Source: Lama guanicoe
Lineage: Eukaryota
Reading direction: 5' to 3'
DNA: 64,000 nucleotides
Assembly (NCBI GenBank): GCA_013239625.1
Contig: MU053629.1
Location: 4,057,567-4,121,566 of the forward strand
The notes under the pieces were generated by a model that made no database searches, had not been told where the DNA came from, and saw nothing but the letters and a program-made list of their open reading frames with translations. Made by a program: the position numbers and the translations under genes. Positions 58,197 through 64,000 of the stretch are shown one piece after another (position 1 is the stretch's first letter; each line of letters begins with the position of its first letter).

Positions 58197-59713
58197 GATA
58201 ATGACAAAGCGCCGAAACCAACTGGGGGGCCACCCGTGGTACACACCGGCCTCCTGTTGTTTTATCGGTGGATTAGCTGCTTAGCTTCCACCTCGTCTCT
58301 GGACTGAGGTCAGGTTTGCGAATTGCATCTCAGCATCCTTCGCAGGGCCTGGCACAGTTGGGTGCCCAGTAGGACCTCAATAAGCGTGTGTGATTGGATC
58401 CTTAAGCGGGGTGAGGCCCACCTTCTGGGCACTATTTTCTTCAACATTCTGAGAAGAACCAGCAACAGGCATGGAAGGGGTGATGCAGAGCCCTGGCATT
58501 TTGCCCTTGTTCTGTCACTGATTATCTGTGTGACTCTGGGAGAGACACACCTGACTTTCAGCCTCAGTCTCCAATCGGCAGCCCGGAGGCTGGGGCAGGT
58601 GGGTTCCCTCCCGGGGAGGGGAAGCCTACAGGCAGCACGGTCCCTCACAGGGTAGCATGTGGTGGGAGGAATGTGCCAGAAGCAGGGACAAGCAAACCTG
58701 CTCTGTCTCAGGCCAAACTGGCTGCCAGACTCGCCCCTCTCACAAGGCAGGAAGCAGGCAAGCCCCCTGTGACAGATTTCACTGGAAAACCTAAGACCCA
58801 GCCCAGGACTCAGGACCAGAACATAGCGAAGCAATCTAGCCCCTCATCCACATTCTCCGGCTGCTCTAGACTTTGATCACCAGCCTAGGTGAAGGTCCCG
58901 TGTGGTCGACCAGCCAGATCACCCATTTACACCCCTCCCCTATACCACACAAGCAAGGTGTCCACGGACAGATGACTGGATAAAGCAGTTTGGGTCCATA
59001 TACACACACAGTGTACTGTAAAGTCAGACCACTTGGTTTCATTGCCAGCCCTGCCTGGCACTACTCACCTACCTTCTCTCTGCCTCAGCTTCCTCAGCTT
59101 TAAAATGGGTATAGTATTTATAGCTGCCCGTAGGGTTGTTGTAGGGCATAAATGATCTAATTTTATGTAAAGCACTTGGAACCATACTTGTTACACAATA
59201 AATCACTCAGGAAAGTATTATTATTACAATTATTATTTGTGGGATGATGCAGGCCAGCCTGGGTGCCAGTCTGCTCACATACAGTAACATCTGCATCTTG
59301 TCATCGCAGATAACAAATGAGGAAGTCCCGCATCACCACGGGGGCTTGGCCTCTGATACAGGTGCAGGGCCTCCCCGGGATAAGCTTGTGGATCCTACAA
59401 GTTATGCCTCTGAAACCCCCAGGGGCAAGGAGCGCAGGCCTTCCACCAGGTGGATTTAGCAGCTCATCTCCCTGGGCCGGCTTCCTCGTCAGCCTCTCCG
59501 GACTCAGATGCCAAAGCCGCCAGTCCCCTCCTGGCAGAATCCCAGGCTGCTCCGACTCAGTTTTTGCTGGAGGACCAGGTCTGGGCCCCCTGCCTGCTCT
59601 CTGGCTGGGGCTCTGGCCCCAGCTCACCCCAGGATTGATGCTGACTTGCCTGAGGACCCTCAGCTGCCTTTCTGTCCGGAGAGGGCGCTAGCCAACATTG
59701 GGGAGTAATACAT

Positions 59714-59805
59714 TTCTTTTTCTTTAATTGGAGGCACTGAGGATTGAACTCAGGACCTCATGCATGCTCAGCACGCGCTCTACCACTGAGCTACCCCCTC
59801 CCCCC
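59714..59805 (-). mobile_element. Short tRNA-derived SINE (Vic-1-like)
   Basis: Antisense 'ctctaccactgagcta' and 'ggattgaactcaggacctc'; short TSD catttct. Confidence 0.8.
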
Positions 59806-60779
59806 TCTGCATTTCTATTTCACAAGTTCTCAGGTGTACATGACCTATACCTGGAATCTTCAAAACACTCAGCAAACAAAGGGAACAGCGGTGGAAGTTT
59901 ATGAGAATGAAAAGAGAGATGAGAGAGGCATTTAAAAATCTATGAATTATAAATATATCCTGCTGCCTTTTACATATATAAAAAAACATGGTGGTGAAGT
60001 GTACTGGTTACCAAAATATAGTCATCTCCATCCCTGCCCCTCCCAAAGCCTCGACACGTGCTTTAATCATTGAGGAGGAAGGGTTGGGGGGGGGGAGGCA
60101 AGGAGAGAGAAGGAGAACATGAAAAAAACCTAGAATTTGTATAAAAGGAAAACCAACACTTTCGTGGAAGAATTAGCTCGACTTTCCTTTTAAGGAAAAA
60201 GATTCATTTTGCAAAGGAAGAGGTTAAAATGCGCTATCACTTAGGGAAAAATCAGCTTTTAAAAGGATCCCCAGAGGACCCCACTCCTGGGACTCTTGTG
60301 GTCGGAGAGTGAGCCGTTCGGCCAGCCAGCTACGATCTTCAAGTGCTTGCCGGTCAAGTTCAGGGAGCAAGACACAGTCCAGCTCCAAACCTGCTCCCAT
60401 GTTGGACAGGAGGGCGCTGGGCTGGTCATAAAAGACTGGCCTGTTTCTGCAAACTGACTGTTCTTCTCTTTAGGAAAATGGGCATTTGGAGAAGCGTCTC
60501 TCACCCTATTTGATTCTGATGACCAGCTAAGTGCTCATTTTCTCACCAGCAAGCCATTAGCATGATGTTCAAGATGCAGTCATCCACTCCATGACAAACT
60601 GATGCTCTGTTTTCTCAAACTGGGGTTTCCAAAGAGCTGTGAGAGAGAAGAGGCTCCAGTTTTTCCCATGAGATCATGGCTTTGGGATCCCAAGTCCTTG
60701 GCCTTGGTGGGGCCAGGATGCTAGAACTGGGGCTGGCTCTTTTGACTCTAGGATAACAGGACTAAAGCTCTCCTTATTC

Positions 60780-61290
60780 ATTTACTACTTCATTCATTCG
60801 GGGAATATTTATGGAGCACCTACTATGTGCAGCTAGGCACCGTACAGGCACTGGGCTTACAGCAGAGAACAAAAATAGAAAAAAAATCCTGCCCTCGTGG
60901 AATTAATATTTTAGTGGGGGGAGGAGGCAGAGCATGTAAGGAAGAGACGATGCCACTTTAGGGAGTTCTCAGAAGGCATCACTGAGATGCTCATGTTTGA
61001 CAAAGGCCGGAGAAGCGAGGGACTGCTGTACAGATACCTGGGGAAATAGTGCTCCAGGCAAAGCAAACAGCCAGTGCAAAGGCCCTGAGGTGGGGGTGAG
61101 CCAGGTGTGTTTGAAAAACCAGTGATACAAATGGGCAGGGTGGGAGGTCAGGTCAGAGGAGTCGTAGGGGGATGGGGCAGATCACGCAGGACCTCCTGGG
61201 CCAGGACAAGCCCTTTGGATTTTTCTCTGACTGAAACAGGAAGCTATTGGAGAATCTCAGGCAGAAGGATGACATTGCACATTTTATAAT
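60780..61290 (-). mobile_element. L2 LINE 3' fragment
   Basis: 'cattcattc...atatttatggagcacctactatgtgc...cagtgcaaaggccctgaggtggg'. Confidence 0.85.
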
Positions 61291-64000
61291 CCACTGTTGG
61301 CTTATTTCTCACTGTTTCATCCCCATCTTAAAGGTGAGGAAACTGTTGTTCAGGAAGGTTAAGAAAGTTGGCCATGAACACACAGCATGAGCTGCCAGGA
61401 CCCTAAGCCCAACTCTTCTCCCTTCTAATCCAGGGCTCTTTCCTCTCTCATATGTAATTTCCAAATGTGCTGACCTTGGCTTTTGCCTGAGAAGGCTGGG
61501 AAAGGGGCGGATGGGGCTGATTCTTACACCTGGATTGCCGGGTGGATCCGGACCTGTTCTGCAGCATCTTTTGAGAACACATACAGAAAGTGCTCTGAAA
61601 ATGATCAAGTATTACACCTATGGTGAGTCTTATAGTAGCTCAATGAGAAGCTCCTAATGATTGGTTCTTCCCGATCCCAGGTCCCTAGGACCTGACAGTC
61701 CTCCACTGAAGCACTGAGCACTGCTGGTGGCTGTTACTCATCTAGGAAGGCTCCGATGCCAGCTCCTGTTTCCACCTGGCCCACCCCCCACATGTAGATC
61801 TGCTCCAGGTCCAACCTTGCCTTGGGTCACAGACCAGTCAGCCTGCACAAAGAAGAAGCACTTAGCTGCATGTCAGGTCATCCTCCCTATCGGGTGGCCC
61901 GGCACCGTACCCGGGACACAGAAAATGCCACATACCCATCAGTCGCCTTGAGCACTGGGCCTCGCCCTCCTGTGTGGCCCGCCACTGCTGGCCCCCCCGC
62001 AGCTAGGTCTGCCCTGGTCCTCCTGGGAGGGCTGGGGGCTGGCCCCCCGAGCTTCCCTGGCTCCAGGCCACTGGTTCCTGCTGTAAGGAAACAAGCAGCC
62101 TCAACATCCGGGAAACAGGCTCGTGTAAGGTACATGATGGGCACAGCCATAGTTCGGGGCGCTCAGGTCCAGTTTTGCTTGTTTCCCAGCAGGCTTGTTG
62201 GGGAGGGGGAGTGGCAGCCGCTGGCCCAGGAGAGGGAAACCCCCATGTGCCCTGGAGAGATTGTCCACCTTTCTTTGCGGGTCAGCTCCTCAAGATTCCA
62301 TCACCAGAAGGGTTTACTTCCCCGTGTGGATTGCACAGAAGGTAGACGGACTTGTACCTGCAGAGTGGCCGGAGTTCTGAAGGCTTTCAGTACCCTTCGC
62401 CCCATACCGTCAAAGAAAAAGACAAGGAGAAACAAAATTAGAAGGAAAGAAAGCAAGAAAGGCTCTTAAAATTAAACAAAACCACCCACAAATAGCCTGG
62501 GGTGGGGGGAAGAGACTGTTCCAGATCACGGCAATTGTGGACAGTTTGGCAGCTGAGCTAATGATGACTCATTCGTAGACTCTGGTTGCATAATCCCCCC
62601 CGAGCTCAGGCAGGAGAATGAAGCTAGGAAACCAATGCAGTGACATTTAGTAGCAAAAAGGAAGCCCACACAACATTTGTGCAAGGCCATCCAAAAATAG
62701 CAGGGCTCCTCCATGCTTGGGTTTGGAAACTATGCATTTTACTTGAAATGCCTGAGTCGTGGCACATTTTTCTTGGACCACCCACCCCCAAATCCAGTTC
62801 ATTTCAATTCAGCAAACATTTATGGCTAGCCTACTGTGTGCCAAGGCCCGTGTGAAGGATTTAGGGGTGGAAGATCCAGGGATGCGGGAGACACGATGAG
62901 GAAAAGGTGGAAGGAAGAATGAATGGGGTTTGGAGCCAGGGAAGGATGAAGTCCAACCCCAGTGTGGTCCCTTACCAGCTCTGAGCCTTGCTTTCCTTGT
63001 ATGTGGAGTGGGGGTAGCCATGTCCGCATCATTCAATTGAGCAAGGGTTCGATGAGATGAGGTATTGTAAGTGCCCAGCCTGCTGATTAGCACATAGTAG
63101 GGCTTCACCCTATGGCAGTTGCTTCTGCTCCCTATGGAAGAATCCTCTGTGTGTGTGTCTGTGTGTACGCATGTGTGAACTGTAGGAACAAAACTTTATG
63201 GAGAAGCATAAAGCCATAAGGCAGCTCGGTGAGAAGAGCTCTCAGACCTGGTCAAGGTGGTTCAGGGGTTCCCGTAGGGAGGAAGAGGGCTTTGAAATTG
63301 GCCTCTGACTTATTTCAGCTGAACTGACCTGAACTGGCAGACTGCACAGTGGCAGTGTTTTCCCTTCAACGCTCACCAGGTGTCCAGCCTGATGCCAGGC
63401 CCTGAGGATGCCAGGACAAAGGAAAGAAGTCTGTCATCAATTTTTAACCGTCATAACAATCAAAATCGAAATAATAATACAGGGAAGCCATTTGGCATCA
63501 TAGTTGTGGGTGCTGGTTCTGAAGACAGATCCCTTGTGTATAAATGCCAGCCCTTTTGCTTCTAGAATTTAACCATTCTCTGCCTTAACTTCCTTTTCTA
63601 GAAATGAGGGTACAAGTAGCAACTTCCTTATAGGGTTGTTGTAAAAAATAATTGAACTAGTGCTTGGAAAGCTCTTAATATCATGCCTACCCCCTAAGAA
63701 GAGGATGCTAAAGGGGAGTACCACCGTCTTCATCATCATCATCCCTGCTGCCAGCTCATTGCCATCCCAGAAGAGAAGGAGGTGCAGAGTCCCCTGGGGA
63801 CCAAGGAGAACTTGGAAAGTCAGGGAATGCCAGGGAAAGGAAGTGTGTTTTGAGGGCCATGTAGGAGTTTGCCAGGAGGATTCTGGAAGGAAAATGTATT
63901 CCAGGCAGGGGGATGATATGAGAAAAAAAAAAAGCATGAATGTGCAGGAGATAAATGTTCAGGAAACGGGAAACGACTTGGGCAGAAAGCCAGGCTGAGA

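Noticed and set aside
61822..62469. 215-aa ORF with basic C-terminus
   Set aside because: Non-ATG start; the K/R tail comes from an A-rich tract; no domain recognised

Overview
Mammalian, GC-rich, repeat-dense intergenic or deep intronic DNA. It is probably from a camelid, inferred from six copies of a tRNA-Ala-derived SINE resembling the camelid Vic-1 family. I recognise no host protein-coding gene. The only ORFs I can assign to a family are transposon remnants: an L1 ORF2 C-terminus and an ERVL RNase H/integrase relic. Much of the window is old repeats (MIR, L2, L1M, MaLR/ERVL LTRs, hAT MITEs), identified by eye from remembered consensus sequences, so subfamily names and boundaries are approximate. 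The best-supported unusual structure is a near-identical ~2.09-kb tandem duplication (32742-36915). It has a 1-bp junction microhomology and a fold-back template-switch scar about 45 bp from the junction. Also notable are a 37-bp locally templated insertion, a 10-bp-phased CP2/GRHL-like motif array, a triple octamer cluster, several other TF-motif clusters, a strong CTCF motif, and splice signals that could form a small unannotated + strand transcript. I found no convincing evidence for a wholly new biological system; the regulatory and gene hypotheses are inferences that need testing.
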